A stretch of DNA of 64,000 nucleotides from Candidatus Spongiisociaceae bacterium (GCA_965219685.1 CBDCOH010000002.1:544001-608000); one strand, 5' to 3'; shown: positions 1 through 10,739, counted from the stretch's first letter. The notes: generated by a model not told the origin, from the sequence alone. Numbers and translations: made by a program.

Positions 1-948
1 TTCCTCCTTGGTGGAGCCCAGATCAAAGAACTCGGGGTCGTTGAGGAGTTGGCGGCGGACCTCGGCCACCACATGCTCGGCCGGGCTCTGGAACTGGGTC
101 GGCGGCTGGATCACGAACGGCTCGTTCTTGGCCGCCGCCGCCTCTTCGAAGGAGATGTCACCGGCCGTCGCCATCGCGTCGATCACGTCGTCGCGCCGGT
201 CATGGGCACGCTCTTCCTGCCGTCGCGGGTCGTACAGGGATGGGTTCCGGATGATGACCGCGAGGGTCGCGGCTTCGGCGACCGTCAGGTCGGCGAGGTC
301 CTTGCGGAAGTACTCCTCGGCCGCGGCCTTGACCCCGTAGGCCGACCACCCGAAGTAGACCGAGTTCAGATAGAACTCGAGGATGTCCTGCTTCGAGTTG
401 TGCCGTTCCAGCTCGATGGCGTAGAGCGCCTCGAGGATCTTGCGCTGTACGGTCAGTTCGTCGCCCACGATGTTCTGCTTGACGATCTGCTGGGTGATCG
501 TCGAGCCTCCCCGCCGGGACACGCCGGTGACGTAGTCACGCACCGCGCTGACGATGGCCTGGAAGTCGATTCCCTCGTGGTCGAAGTAGTCGCCGTCCTC
601 AGCGGCCAGGACCGCCCAGATGAGGGCCTCGGGCATCTCCCAGAATCGGGCCAGCTCCGAAACCCTCCCGGCGTGCAACTCGGCCAGCAGCTCGCCGTCC
701 TCCGTGTAGATCCGCGAGACCCTGGAGAGGTTCCGGACGTCGGGCAAGGTGGCGCCGGCTTCGATCTCCGGTATCCACCGATCCACGAAACGGTTGAACA
801 TGGCGTACCCGGCGTTGGCGCCGAGGAATCCGAACAGGCCGATCCACGTGGCCAGGACCAGGGTGATGGCGATGACGAGGACCAGCGCGAGGGACCACCT
901 CCGGCTCTTGGCCATCCTCTCGATGTTGTGGATGGTCGGTTCGTTCAT
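1..948 (-). CDS. Class A penicillin-binding protein (transglycosylase domain), N-terminal part; runs off the window
   Basis: Not in the ORF track. My minus-strand translation from ATG 948 gives a TM helix, then GT51 motifs AEDGDYFDHEGID, GGSTITQQIVK, RKILE and KQDILEFYLNSVYFG. Confidence 0.9.
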   Translation of the reverse strand, partial: MNEPTIHNIERMAKSRRWSLALVLVIAITLVLATWIGLFGFLGANAGYAMFNRFVDRWIPEIEAGATLPDVRNLSRVSRIYTEDGELLAELHAGRVSELARFWEMPEALIWAVLAAEDGDYFDHEGIDFQAIVSAVRDYVTGVSRRGGSTITQQIVKQNIVGDELTVQRKILEALYAIELERHNSKQDILEFYLNSVYFGWSAYGVKAAAEEYFRKDLADLTVAEAATLAVIIRNPSLYDPRRQEERAHDRRDDVIDAMATAGDISFEEAAAAKNEPFVIQPPTQFQSPAEHVVAEVRRQLLNDPEFFDLGSTKEE

Positions 949-1202
949 GTGCTCACCGCGCCGCGGGCGAAGCTCGGCCGCCTACCTCCGGTTAGGAGGA
1001 GGTGGACTGCCTGCGAGGTGACTGGCCCTGTCCAGGTGGTCGGCGACCCTTGCCGCGCTCCGCTTCCTCGATGTTCCGCTGCGGGAACGCCTTCGTCGGC
1101 GCGCCTGGCAGGCAACGCCGCTTCCGGTGGATGCCGCAGCCGCCGTCTCACGGACGGGCCACTACGATGCCGAGTCATCGACTAGTCAGGATACCCAGAC
1201 CT

Positions 1203-2777
1203 GTGTCCAATCCTTCGCAAGCCCCGGTCCGCACGACGTCGAGCGGCATCGAGGTCGAGGTTGTCTACGGTCCCGGCTCGCATGGGACGCTCGGCGAACC
1301 CGGCGCCTACCCCTTCACCCGCGGTCCCTATCCGACCATGTATCGGGGGCGCACCTGGACGATGCGGCAGTATGCCGGATTCGGGACGGCGAGGGAGACC
1401 AACCAACGGTTCAAGGCCCTCCTCGCAGCGGGCCAGACCGGCCTGTCCGTAGCCTTCGATCTGCCGACCCAGATGGGTCTCGACTCCGACTCCCCTCTGG
1501 CGGCGGGCGAGGTCGGCAAGGTCGGCGTGGCGATCGACAACCTGGATGACATGCGGACCCTCCTCGACGGTCTCCCCATGGGCGAGGTGACCACGTCCAT
1601 GACCATCAACGCCACCGCGCCCGTCCTGCTACTCCTGTACCAGCTGGTGGCGGAGGAGCAGGGTGTCCGGCCGGAGAGAATCCGCGGGACCGTCCAGAAC
1701 GACATCCTCAAGGAGTACATAGCGCGCGGCACCTACATCTACCCTCCGGCTGCCTCGATGCGCCTGGTGACAGACCTGTTCGCCTACTGCAGCAAGGAGC
1801 TCCGCAACTGGAACACCATTTCGATAAGCGGGTATCACATCCGGGAGGCGGGCGCCACCGCCGCGCAGGAACTAGCCTTCACGCTGGCCAACGGGATCGC
1901 CTACGTGAAGGCGGCGGTCGATGCCGGGATGGACGTGAACAGCTTCGGTCCGAGGCTGTCGTTCTTCTGGAACTCCCACAACCACCTGTTCGAGGAAGCC
2001 GCCAAGTTCCGGGCGGCGCGGCGCCTGTGGGCCACCATCATGAAGGAGCGGTTCGGTGCCACCGACCGGGCCGCCCAGCGGATGCGTTTCCATACCCAGA
2101 CCGCCGGTTCCACCCTTACCGCTCAGCAACCCGAGAACAACATCGTCCGGACGGCTGTACAGGCCGTGGCGGCCACCCTGGGGGGAACGCAGTCGCTCCA
2201 CACCAACGCCTTCGACGAGGCGCTCGGTCTTCCGACGCAGAGATCGGCGACCATCGCGCTCAGGACCCAGCAGATTCTGGCGGCCGAGTCGGGGGTCACG
2301 GACACGGTCGATCCCCTGGCGGGGTCCTACTACGTGGAGAGCCTGACCGACTCTCTGGAGGAGGCCGCCATCCGGCTCATCGAGGAGACGGACCGCCTCG
2401 GCGGAGCGGTGGCGGCCATCGAGCAGGGATTCCCTCAGGCTGAGATCGAGGAGGCTTCCTACCGCGCCTCCCTCCGGATCGAATCGGGCGAGGACACCGT
2501 TGTCGGGGTCAACCGTTACGCCGACGACGTAGGTGCCGGCGTGGAGCCGCTCGCGGTGGATCCCGAGGTCGAGCGCCAGCAGAGAGATCGGGTGATCCGG
2601 TTCCGGGCCGGGCGCGATCCGCTGGCGGTGGGCGGAGCCCTGGGAGAGTTGGAAGCAGCCGCTCGAGGTGGCGGCAATCTGATGTACCCGATGAAGGCGG
2701 CGCTGGTAGCGAACGCAACCCTCGGAGAGGTGTCGGACGCCCTGCGCCGGGTGTTCGGCGTGCACCGGGCGCGATGA
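1203..2777 (+). CDS. Methylmalonyl-CoA mutase family, large (catalytic) subunit without B12-binding domain
   Basis: [47 protein letters not shown] motifs; GTG 1203 is the likely start. Confidence 0.95.
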   Translation: MSNPSQAPVRTTSSGIEVEVVYGPGSHGTLGEPGAYPFTRGPYPTMYRGRTWTMRQYAGFGTARETNQRFKALLAAGQTGLSVAFDLPTQMGLDSDSPLAAGEVGKVGVAIDNLDDMRTLLDGLPMGEVTTSMTINATAPVLLLLYQLVAEEQGVRPERIRGTVQNDILKEYIARGTYIYPPAASMRLVTDLFAYCSKELRNWNTISISGYHIREAGATAAQELAFTLANGIAYVKAAVDAGMDVNSFGPRLSFFWNSHNHLFEEAAKFRAARRLWATIMKERFGATDRAAQRMRFHTQTAGSTLTAQQPENNIVRTAVQAVAATLGGTQSLHTNAFDEALGLPTQRSATIALRTQQILAAESGVTDTVDPLAGSYYVESLTDSLEEAAIRLIEETDRLGGAVAAIEQGFPQAEIEEASYRASLRIESGEDTVVGVNRYADDVGAGVEPLAVDPEVERQQRDRVIRFRAGRDPLAVGGALGELEAAARGGGNLMYPMKAALVANATLGEVSDALRRVFGVHRAR

Positions 2778-2814
2778 TCGGCAGGGTTCCCGCCGCGGGC
2801 AGGGAGGCAAGCGG

Positions 2815-4179
2815 ATGATGAGGGAGGATCCGCCTCTCCGGTTCCTGATCATCGGCGGAGGTCCTGCCGGTACGGCTGCGGCCAGCACCGCCGCGGCCTA
2901 TGGCGCCGACGTGATCCTCGTAGAGGATTCGGTGGTGGGCGGCGCTGCCCACCTCCGGGACTGCATCCCGTCGAAGACGATGGCGGCGATGTCGATCCGT
3001 ATGCAGGCCATCCGAAATGCCGAGGATCTGGGCATTGCCGACCATGGCGCGGGAGTCGATCTCGGACGCCTTGCCGACCGGATACAGAAGGTCACTTCGA
3101 TGATCTCAGCGCGCTCCACCGAGTTGCTGGCGAGCCAGGGCATCGAGATCGTTAGGGGCCGCGGCCGGTTTCTGGGTCCCCGCCACGCTGTGACGATGGT
3201 CGACGGAATCGAGAGGAAGATCCGTTTCGATGCGGCCCTGGTCTCCACGGGATCCCGTCCGCGCATTCCTGACTGGGCAAGGGTGGACGGAGACCGGATT
3301 CTCACCACCCGTCACGTCTATGACCTACCCGCCCCTCCCGAGCATGTGGTGGTGATCGGATCGGGTGTGACCGGGGTGGAGATGGTCCACATCTTCGAGA
3401 GCCTCGGATCGAGGATCACGCTGCTGGTGAGCAGGCATCACGTCCTGCCGCATCGCGACGCCGAGGTAGCGGCCGCATTGGAGACGGACTTTCTCGAGCG
3501 TGGTGTCGCCCTCCTCAAGGGCGCACGCGCGGTGGACATAGATCGCTCCGGGGACGGCGTGGTCGTCCACGTCAAAGACGGTCGCCGCGTTCAGGGAAGC
3601 CACGCGCTGCTGGCTGTAGGCGCGGTTCCGATGAGCGACGGCCTGGGCTTGGAGCAGGCGGGGGTGGAGACCGAAGGAGGCTTCATCGTGGTCGACCAGT
3701 ACCAGCGCACGTCGGTTCCCCACATCTACGCCGCCGGCGACGTCACCGGTCAGATGCTCCTGTCCTCTGTGGCGAACCAGCAGGGCCGCAACCTGGCTCG
3801 ACACGTCACGGGCCATCCGGGTAAGGCCATCGATTACTCGAAGGTGGCGCAGGCGATATTCACGGAGCCAGAGATAGCTTCCGTCGGTTTGGAGGAAGCG
3901 GACGCGGCGGCCGAGGGCCGTAAGGTCCGGATCACGAAGGTCCCGTTCACGGCGAACCCGCGCAGCCTCATCCACGGGAGCACCAGGGGTTTCGCCAAGG
4001 TGGTCTCCGACCCCGCGACCAGGGTCGTGCTCGGCGGCACGGTCGTCGGGCACAGGGCGTCGGAACTGATCGGAATTCTCGCCCTAGCCACCCGGGGGAA
4101 GATCAAGGTCCAGACCCTGCGCGAGACCCTGATGGTACATCCCACCCTGTCCGAGTCGATCTCCGATGCGGGGGACTGA
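2815..4179 (+). CDS. lpdA: LpdA-type NAD(P)H:quinone reductase (flavoprotein disulfide reductase family, single Cys)
   Basis: GGGPAG; AHLRDCIPSK with the first redox Cys missing; GSGVTG; C-terminal HPTLSE; lies in the usual lpdA-acc-birA neighbourhood. Confidence 0.8.
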   Translation: MMREDPPLRFLIIGGGPAGTAAASTAAAYGADVILVEDSVVGGAAHLRDCIPSKTMAAMSIRMQAIRNAEDLGIADHGAGVDLGRLADRIQKVTSMISARSTELLASQGIEIVRGRGRFLGPRHAVTMVDGIERKIRFDAALVSTGSRPRIPDWARVDGDRILTTRHVYDLPAPPEHVVVIGSGVTGVEMVHIFESLGSRITLLVSRHHVLPHRDAEVAAALETDFLERGVALLKGARAVDIDRSGDGVVVHVKDGRRVQGSHALLAVGAVPMSDGLGLEQAGVETEGGFIVVDQYQRTSVPHIYAAGDVTGQMLLSSVANQQGRNLARHVTGHPGKAIDYSKVAQAIFTEPEIASVGLEEADAAAEGRKVRITKVPFTANPRSLIHGSTRGFAKVVSDPATRVVLGGTVVGHRASELIGILALATRGKIKVQTLRETLMVHPTLSESISDAGD

Positions 4180-4399
4180 GCGATAGTCGGCACTCGGTAC
4201 CCGCGGCTCCATCCAACATTCGAGCTTGGTAGTCGGCCCTAGGATGAACCGTATGATCGGACATCAAGGCCCAAAACGAATCGGAGGACAACAACTGCCA
4301 TCACCCGGCCGCATAGACCGAGTGTCCAGCCGACAGGGGTAACTCCAGACCTTGAGCCTGGACGGAACCAACATCCGGGTCGGGATCACTGCCATAGTT

Positions 4400-4449
4400 A
4401 TCGAGCACCCCGACGGCTGGTACCTCGTCCGCACCAAGGAGAGAGCCAT
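4400..4449 (+). pseudogene. HicA-like toxin fragment
   Basis: Reads IEHPDGWYLVRTK, then SH after a 2-nt shift in a GA run. Resembles the HicA motif GW.LVR.KGSH; no intact ORF. Confidence 0.5.
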
Positions 4450-4520
4450 ATCGCGCTAGTACATCAGCCTCGACTCCACCGACAAGCCGCTTCGGCAGCG
4501 ATCACACCGGCACGCCTGCT

Positions 4521-5714
4521 ATGGCACTGAGGATCGCCCTTGCCGGTTGGTACGGGTCGGACAACCTGGGAGATGAGATGATCCTGAGTTGCATGGCTGC
4601 CGCCCTACGTGCCCGGGGGGTGGAGCCGGTAGCGGTGTCAATCGAACCCGAGCGGACTGTCGCCGTCCATGGCGTTGAGGCAGTGCCTCATCGCTCGCCC
4701 CTGGGCAGCGCTGCGCTGCGCCGGTCGCTGCGCCGCTCGCACGCCATGGTCCTCTCCGGAGGCGTGGTGCAGTCGGAGACGTCGCCGTGGAACATGTGGT
4801 TTCACATGTCACGCCTTCGCGCCTACAGGCGGTCGGCGTCTGCCACCCACAGACGAGAGCGGGCTGTGGTCGCGGCCATCGGCCTGGGAGTGGGACACGT
4901 CCGCGGCGCCGGTGGCCGGCGGACAGCGGTCTCAGAGATGCGTCGGGCCTGTCACGTCGTGACGAGAGACGCCGCCTCGGCGCGACGCCTGCGCGACTGG
5001 GGCGTGCCCGACGTGGCGATCGGCGCCGACCCGGTGCTGGCCGGAGACGCCGCGCTCGTTTCGAGCCGGCCGGCTATGGCCCGACCGCCGGACCCGCGCC
5101 CCCCGAAGCCGATGGGCTCGACGCGCTCTCGCAGCGACTCCGGGGACACGATCTGCGTGATCCTGCGCCCCCCGAATCGCCGAGGCATCCGAACGGCTGC
5201 GGCGAAGGCCCGCACGTCCTGGCAGCCATGGACGGATCAACTGGCGCGATCTCTGGACGCGCTGGCCGAGCGCAGCGGCATGACTCTGCGCCTGTTGCCC
5301 TTCCAGCCGAGCCAGGACACCCCCATGCTCGTGGCGTTGCGACAGAGGATGAGAACGGACGCAGAGTTGGTCACGCTCGACATCGACAATGTGCTCGCCG
5401 AGGTCGCCCGAAGTCGCTTCGTGGTCACCATGCGCTATCACGGCGCCATCGCAGCTCTGCTCAACGATCAGGCGGCTGTGCTGCTGGACTACTCTCCGAA
5501 AATGAGATCGCTCGCCGGCGAAGGCGGCGGCTGGGCTTCGCTCGTCGATCTGGCTCCGCTCGACGCCGGCCGCTTAGAGCCCCGCACGCTTGTCGAGGCG
5601 GCGAGCGAGGCGCAGGACAAGTCGCACCGGACAGCCGAGGCACGCGGCTTGCTGCAGGCGCGCCTGAAGGTCAACGACGCGGCGCTCGACGATCTGGTTG
5701 AGCTGATCCAGTGA
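4521..5714 (+). CDS. Polysaccharide pyruvyl transferase family protein
   Basis: GWYGSDNLGDE, VTRD, ADP and MRYHG motifs. Confidence 0.88.
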   Translation: MALRIALAGWYGSDNLGDEMILSCMAAALRARGVEPVAVSIEPERTVAVHGVEAVPHRSPLGSAALRRSLRRSHAMVLSGGVVQSETSPWNMWFHMSRLRAYRRSASATHRRERAVVAAIGLGVGHVRGAGGRRTAVSEMRRACHVVTRDAASARRLRDWGVPDVAIGADPVLAGDAALVSSRPAMARPPDPRPPKPMGSTRSRSDSGDTICVILRPPNRRGIRTAAAKARTSWQPWTDQLARSLDALAERSGMTLRLLPFQPSQDTPMLVALRQRMRTDAELVTLDIDNVLAEVARSRFVVTMRYHGAIAALLNDQAAVLLDYSPKMRSLAGEGGGWASLVDLAPLDAGRLEPRTLVEAASEAQDKSHRTAEARGLLQARLKVNDAALDDLVELIQ

Positions 5715-5787
5715 CCTGCTGACGGAGCGTCGAGCCAAGTTGAGCCAGTCGCGGCCGCCCCTCCGACTCGTCGCCCTCGCCGCTTGA

Positions 5788-6840
5788 ATGAGACGCGTCA
5801 AACCGTCGGCTACTGTCTCGGCCACGCGTCGTGCAACTCCCGGCGGGCCTCTTGTTGCTAGTCCGATGACAGGCCGCCCGTGGCAGCGACGCCTTCTGAA
5901 GTGGCTGAGGACCGCATACCTCGCCCTGCTCGCCGTCGCGGTGCCAGTGGTCGTGTGGGTGCGCCGGGACGAAGTGGCCGACCTTCTCGGAGACCTTGCG
6001 GGTGCAAGGCATCTGCTCGTGGCGGCGTCGTTCGCGACGGGGTTCGTGCTGATAGCGCTAAGTGCGTACATCTGGCTCGTGAGCCTGCGCTTGCTCGGAC
6101 AGCGGCCGCTCCTCCGCGATCTGACCGCCACCGCGGCTCGTTCGCTGCCGGCCCGGTACGTGCCGCTGATGGTCACGTTCGCGGTTAGTCGCGTGGCTCT
6201 GATGCAGCGCCGCGGCCTTCCGGCGGCGCCTCTCGCCCTCACCGCCGCGCTCGAGATGGCGGTGAGCCTCGCCGTCTCGGTGGCCTATGGCCTGGTACTG
6301 CTCGGCTGGGCCGGCGGGCTGCCCGGAGGCCTCGTAATCCCGATCGTCTCCGCGGTCGGGGTGATCGTCGCCGCTTCGCCCTCGGTGGCGGGACGTGTCG
6401 TCGCGGCGGTGGCGCGGCGGCGCGGCCTGGAGAGCCTGGCCCCGGTCAGCGGATTCACGTGGCCGGGCTATCTGCACATGATCGCGGCATCGGCCTGCTA
6501 CTGGACCTGGGCAGCCGCAGTGTTCTGCCTGTACATGCGCGCGTTCGAGGCCGCCGACGGTTTCGGGACGGCGCGCCTCGCCGGTGCTTTCGTGCTCACT
6601 TGGGGAGGCCTACGATTCCTCTCTGTGATCGCGCCGCAGGGAATCGGCGTGGTGGAGGTAACCGTTCCGTCACTGCTCGGCGCAGCCGATCCCCTGGCTC
6701 TCGGCATATTGATATTCGGCTTCAGGCTGGTGTTGCTGCTGCGCGACCTGCTGGCCGCCGCCGTCTCGGAGCTGCTCGCGTCGAGGCGCACGACGGTCGA
6801 AGCGGATCCGGTGCAGCGTTCGGATGGTACGGAGCCTTGA
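5788..6840 (+). CDS. Lysylphosphatidylglycerol-synthase-like / flippase-like multi-TM protein
   Basis: Many TM helices; ARYVP and APQGIGVVE motifs. Confidence 0.7.
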   Translation: MRRVKPSATVSATRRATPGGPLVASPMTGRPWQRRLLKWLRTAYLALLAVAVPVVVWVRRDEVADLLGDLAGARHLLVAASFATGFVLIALSAYIWLVSLRLLGQRPLLRDLTATAARSLPARYVPLMVTFAVSRVALMQRRGLPAAPLALTAALEMAVSLAVSVAYGLVLLGWAGGLPGGLVIPIVSAVGVIVAASPSVAGRVVAAVARRRGLESLAPVSGFTWPGYLHMIAASACYWTWAAAVFCLYMRAFEAADGFGTARLAGAFVLTWGGLRFLSVIAPQGIGVVEVTVPSLLGAADPLALGILIFGFRLVLLLRDLLAAAVSELLASRRTTVEADPVQRSDGTEP

Positions 6841-7967
6841 TCCACGTCTTCGTCGGCACGCGAGCCGAGTACATCAAGATGGCGCCCCTGCTGTGGCGCA
6901 TGGAGTCGGCCGGCCTCCCCTACCGTCTGATCGACTCTGGACAGCACGCTGACCGGTCGGAATCGTTCCGCGACGAGTTGGGCTTGCGGGCGCCCGACCA
7001 CGCGATGGGGGGCACGCGCAGCGTCGACTCGGTGCCTGCCGCTCTGTGGTGGGCGGCGGGACTCGGCCGCAAGCTGGCGCTGCCCCGGCGGCTCGACCGA
7101 ATCGTCTTCGGCGGGCGCCCGGGGATCTGCGTGGTTCACGGCGACACGCCGACGACGCTGATCGGCGCGCTCATCGCGAAGCGCGCCGGGCTGGCATTGG
7201 CCCATGTCGAGGCGGGCCTTCGCACCCACCGGTGGCTGCACCCCTTTCCGGAGGAGATCGTCCGGGTCGCCGTCGACCGGCTCGCCGACCTGCTCTTCGC
7301 GCCCGACGGCGCGGCAGCCGAGGAACTGCGCAAGCGCCGTGTGAGAGGGCGGATCATCACTGGATCGTCCAACACGATCAGCGATGCTCTCCGCGCCGCC
7401 CTGGAGGCGGGCGCTGCAGGCATGCCGACCACGCTCGACATGTCGGGAAGCGCTCGCTCGCACAGCTCGCCGCGCCGGCCACCGCCCGTGGTTGTGACCA
7501 TGCACCGGGTGGAGAACCTGCACCGGCGACGGCGGAGACAGGCGCTGGTGCATACGATCACGCGGCTGGTGCAGACGACCCCGGTGCGCTGGTACGTGCA
7601 CGAGCCCACACGGCGGGCGCTCAGGCCCGCAGGTCTAGCGGGCCTAGAAGCCTCTGGCGTGGAGCTTGTGCCGATGGTCCCTTATGCCGAGTTCGTGAGG
7701 GCGCTCGCACGGGCGCCGTTCGCGATCACCGACGGGGGCTCCATCCAGGAGGAGTGCGCGCTTCTGGGTGTGCCTGTGCTGCTGTGGCGAAACCGGACCG
7801 ACCGGCCCGACGGACTCGGTGAGAATGCCATGCTGAGCCACTATGACCCCGCAGTGGTAGAGAGGTTCCTGGCAGACCCCGAACGCTGGCGTCGCGCTCC
7901 CTCGCTGCCGCAGTCAAGCCCGTCTCAGGAGATTCTCGAAGTCCTCGCCGAATGGGTGGATGGCTGA
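6837..7967 (+). CDS. wecB: UDP-N-acetylglucosamine 2-epimerase family
   Basis: TTG start overlaps the upstream stop; VGTRAEYIK, SGQH, VHGDT, HVEAGLR, PEE, TDGGSIQEE. Confidence 0.88.
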   Translation: MIHVFVGTRAEYIKMAPLLWRMESAGLPYRLIDSGQHADRSESFRDELGLRAPDHAMGGTRSVDSVPAALWWAAGLGRKLALPRRLDRIVFGGRPGICVVHGDTPTTLIGALIAKRAGLALAHVEAGLRTHRWLHPFPEEIVRVAVDRLADLLFAPDGAAAEELRKRRVRGRIITGSSNTISDALRAALEAGAAGMPTTLDMSGSARSHSSPRRPPPVVVTMHRVENLHRRRRRQALVHTITRLVQTTPVRWYVHEPTRRALRPAGLAGLEASGVELVPMVPYAEFVRALARAPFAITDGGSIQEECALLGVPVLLWRNRTDRPDGLGENAMLSHYDPAVVERFLADPERWRRAPSLPQSSPSQEILEVLAEWVDG

Positions 7968-7997
7968 AGCGACTGCGTGGGCGACCGAGCGGCCCGG

Positions 7998-8723
7998 TCA
8001 GGCGCGCTTCCCGAGTTTGCGAACACGTACGGAAATCCCGTAGCGAAAGACGCACACGAAGATCGCGATGCCGTCCTTCCAGGTGATCTTCTTGCCTTCA
8101 GCATAGTTTCTGCTGGTGTAGGAGATGCCGGTCTCCCAGATGCGCCAACCTCCTGCGGCCACCTTGGCGGTGATCTCCGCGTCAATCCCGAAGCGGTTCT
8201 CGCGCAGGTCGAGGGATCGCACGACCTCAAGGCGGAACGCTTTGTAGCAGGTCGCCACATCGGACAGCCACACACCGGTAAGCATGTTCGACAGCCGTGT
8301 CAGCATCCGGTTGTAGATCATGGCCCAGTAGTACGGCACCCTTTGCGACGGGCCTTCCTGCATGCGGGTTCCGTATACGACGTCGGCGTCCCCGCGCGCC
8401 AGAGGCGCCAGCAGCGCGTCCCAGTCACCGGGGTCGTACTCAAGGTCGGCGTCCTGGATCACCACGAATTCGCAGCTTGCCTCGCCGAAGCCCCGCCGCA
8501 CCGCGGCGCCTTTTCCGCGGTTCTCGGGCTCTAGAAAGACCCTCACACGAGGGTCGTCATACTGGGACAGCCGATCGCGGGTTCCGTCGGTCGAACCGTC
8601 GTCCACCACTATCAACTCGCCGGTGAAGGGACTGGCAAGCACCCTGGAGACCATCTCGTCGACGGTAGCGACCTCGTTATAGCAGGGCATGACCACTGAT
8701 AGGCACCCGTTTGAGGCACTCAC
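7998..8723 (-). CDS. GT2 glycosyltransferase (polyprenol-phosphate sugar synthase-like)
   Basis: VVMPCYNE, VDDGSTDGT, NRGKGAA, QDADLEYDP. Confidence 0.92.
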   Translation of the reverse strand: MSASNGCLSVVMPCYNEVATVDEMVSRVLASPFTGELIVVDDGSTDGTRDRLSQYDDPRVRVFLEPENRGKGAAVRRGFGEASCEFVVIQDADLEYDPGDWDALLAPLARGDADVVYGTRMQEGPSQRVPYYWAMIYNRMLTRLSNMLTGVWLSDVATCYKAFRLEVVRSLDLRENRFGIDAEITAKVAAGGWRIWETGISYTSRNYAEGKKITWKDGIAIFVCVFRYGISVRVRKLGKRA

Positions 8724-8779
8724 GCGGCGCAGCCTAGCACTTCGCGGCCTGTTAGCCTCGCCCGGCTGACCGACGGGGA

Positions 8780-10396
8780 GTGCCCGAGTTGAGAGCGGCC
8801 ATCAGATTCCTGGCGACACGCCTCTCGTCTGGATGGACTGTTGTGGCGCTGATTGCGGCTGCCCTCGTGGCTGTCTGGCTGCCCGACCTCGGCCTGCCTC
8901 TCGGCAACAGTGACGACGGCCGCATACTGGGCCTGTTCGGCCTTCAAGCACGCAACTTCTGGGACCTGGGCGCCGTGGACTCGTACTTCGGCGCGGTGGT
9001 CGAGCCATACGTCAACCCGGTGTACGACGTAGCCCCCAGAGCCGACCCACCTCCCGTCGCCGTCAGATACGCCCATCATCCGCCTCTCCAGGTGTTCATG
9101 GCGGTGGTGTCGACGGGCATTCTCGGAGACAGCACCATGGCGCTGCGGGTGCCTGGCCTGCTGGTGGGCGCGGCGACGGTGGCGTTCATGGCGTCGCTGC
9201 TTCGCAGCCGGGACCTGGCCTGGGGACCGACCCTGCTGGCTGTGGCGGCAATGGCGAGCACGGGCTTCTACTACGTATACGGGCGGATCAGCATCAGCTT
9301 CTCGCTGCTGCTGGCCGTCATCGCGGCGGTGTCGTGGGCGTTGCGCAGGGCCAACCCGCGAGGTCGAGACACGCTCGTCGTGGCCGGATTCGCGGCGCTG
9401 GCCGCGATGCAATCCTGGATCGGGATTGCCGCCATGGTGCTGGTGATGCTGTGGCTGCTTGTCGCCGGCCGGGGCGACGATGGTGAAATACCTCTGGGCG
9501 ACTCCCGGCGAAGCGTCGAGGCGGCTGTCACACCACCGCAGCGGAGGCTGCCCGTGTCGTGGTTGTCGGGGCGCCGCCAGCGGTTGCTCGCGGCGGTCGC
9601 CGCGGGCGCGGCGCTCGGCGCCGGCGTCACGGCGCTGTGGATGCTCAACGGCGCCGGAGTCGACGATCTCGCCAACCAGGTGGTCATCCGCACCGGCAAC
9701 GAGGTGCGAGGAGCCAGCGGGTCGTTCACCTTCACCTTCCGCGAGTTCCTGGCCCGACAATGGCGCTTCGCCACCGAGGAGATGCTCGTGCCTGAGTGGC
9801 TACGCGTTCTTCTGGTGCCGTGCCTCCTGGCCGGACTGATCGACCGACGCACAAGGGTACCCACCGCCATAACGCTCGCGGTCGCTGCTGCGATGACGTT
9901 CGGGGTTCAGCAGGGCGCCTGGGTGCACAGGCTGTGGAACTTCCCGTGGCTGGCACCGGTAACCATAGGCTTCGCGGCTCTCGCCGACTGGATCCGCCGG
10001 CTCTTCCCCCGCCATTGGCGACCTATGCCGGCTGTGCTCGCGGCCGTGGTTATCGCGGTCACTCTGGTCGCGGTGGTCGGCGGCTCTACACGGCAGCGCT
10101 ACATCACCGATCCCGCCGACGGGGGAACCGTGCTGGAGCAAGTGGGGAGCCTACCCGGCTCGGAACTGGCATGGTCTGTACCCCCGGTGACCAGCGCTAT
10201 TTGGATCTCCTACTACCTGCCCGTGCGGGTGATGCGCCTCAACGAGGACAATCTCGGCGACTTGGACGAGTCCGACGTGGTGGTTCTTCGATCGGATCGG
10301 GTGCCCGACTTCTTCCCGGAAGGGGCCTTGAGGGACCCGCTTGCCGCTCACAACGATTTCGTGGTTATCTCCGCCTCGAGGCTGCTACCGCAGTGA
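8780..10396 (+). CDS. Multi-TM GT-C-type (ArnT/PMT-like) glycosyltransferase
   Basis: DDG in the first loop, YAHHPPL motif, about 10 TM segments; divergent from a GT2. Confidence 0.65.
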   Translation: MPELRAAIRFLATRLSSGWTVVALIAAALVAVWLPDLGLPLGNSDDGRILGLFGLQARNFWDLGAVDSYFGAVVEPYVNPVYDVAPRADPPPVAVRYAHHPPLQVFMAVVSTGILGDSTMALRVPGLLVGAATVAFMASLLRSRDLAWGPTLLAVAAMASTGFYYVYGRISISFSLLLAVIAAVSWALRRANPRGRDTLVVAGFAALAAMQSWIGIAAMVLVMLWLLVAGRGDDGEIPLGDSRRSVEAAVTPPQRRLPVSWLSGRRQRLLAAVAAGAALGAGVTALWMLNGAGVDDLANQVVIRTGNEVRGASGSFTFTFREFLARQWRFATEEMLVPEWLRVLLVPCLLAGLIDRRTRVPTAITLAVAAAMTFGVQQGAWVHRLWNFPWLAPVTIGFAALADWIRRLFPRHWRPMPAVLAAVVIAVTLVAVVGGSTRQRYITDPADGGTVLEQVGSLPGSELAWSVPPVTSAIWISYYLPVRVMRLNEDNLGDLDESDVVVLRSDRVPDFFPEGALRDPLAAHNDFVVISASRLLPQ

Positions 10397-10530
10397 CGCC
10401 AAATCCAGGTCATCGGGATCTGGCAATCGGGCTCGTATCTCTCGCGCCGTGACGATCGGAACCGCGAACTCAGGGGCAAGGGCGAGCAGATCCCGGTCGC
10501 CCGTCACCAGGGCGTCGGCCTCGCCGGCGC
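10385..10530 (-). pseudogene. C-terminal remnant of a PIN-family toxin
   Basis: AGEADALVTGDRDLLALAPEFAVPIVTARE is typical of a PIN toxin C-terminus; the N-terminal part is absent. Confidence 0.75.
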
Positions 10531-10739
10531 GCCCAGGCCACTGCGTCGGTGACATCGATCTCGGACAGGCCCAGTTCGGCAAGGCGTTTCCGTATGGCGT
10601 CGGCTCGGGTCAGGCGCACGGGTGTAAGCACGATACGGCCACGTTCCCTGGTGACATCGAAGTAATCCACCTCCGGGAAGGCCGAAATGACGGCCTTGGG
10701 CAGCGTCAGTTGATTCTTGGAAGTCAGTTTGGCGAGCAT
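10470..10739 (-). CDS. AbrB/MazE/SpoVT-family antitoxin; native stop lost, reads into the toxin remnant
   Basis: MLAKLTSKNQLTLPKAV...GRIVLTPV AbrB fold; ATG 10739. Confidence 0.85.
   Translation of the reverse strand: MLAKLTSKNQLTLPKAVISAFPEVDYFDVTRERGRIVLTPVRLTRADAIRKRLAELGLSEIDVTDAVAWARRRGRRPGDGRPGSARPCP

Noticed and set aside
945-1178. 77-aa ORF whose stop overlaps the PBP start (ATGA)
   Set aside because: Low-complexity Arg/Pro/Ala sequence with no motif, lying in a divergent promoter region; not supportable.
49-1185. 378-aa plus-strand ORF and many similar long ORFs (e.g. 12457-13473, 17997-19457, 25905-27281, 49266-50987)
   Set aside because: Antisense shadows of clear genes, typical of high-GC DNA.
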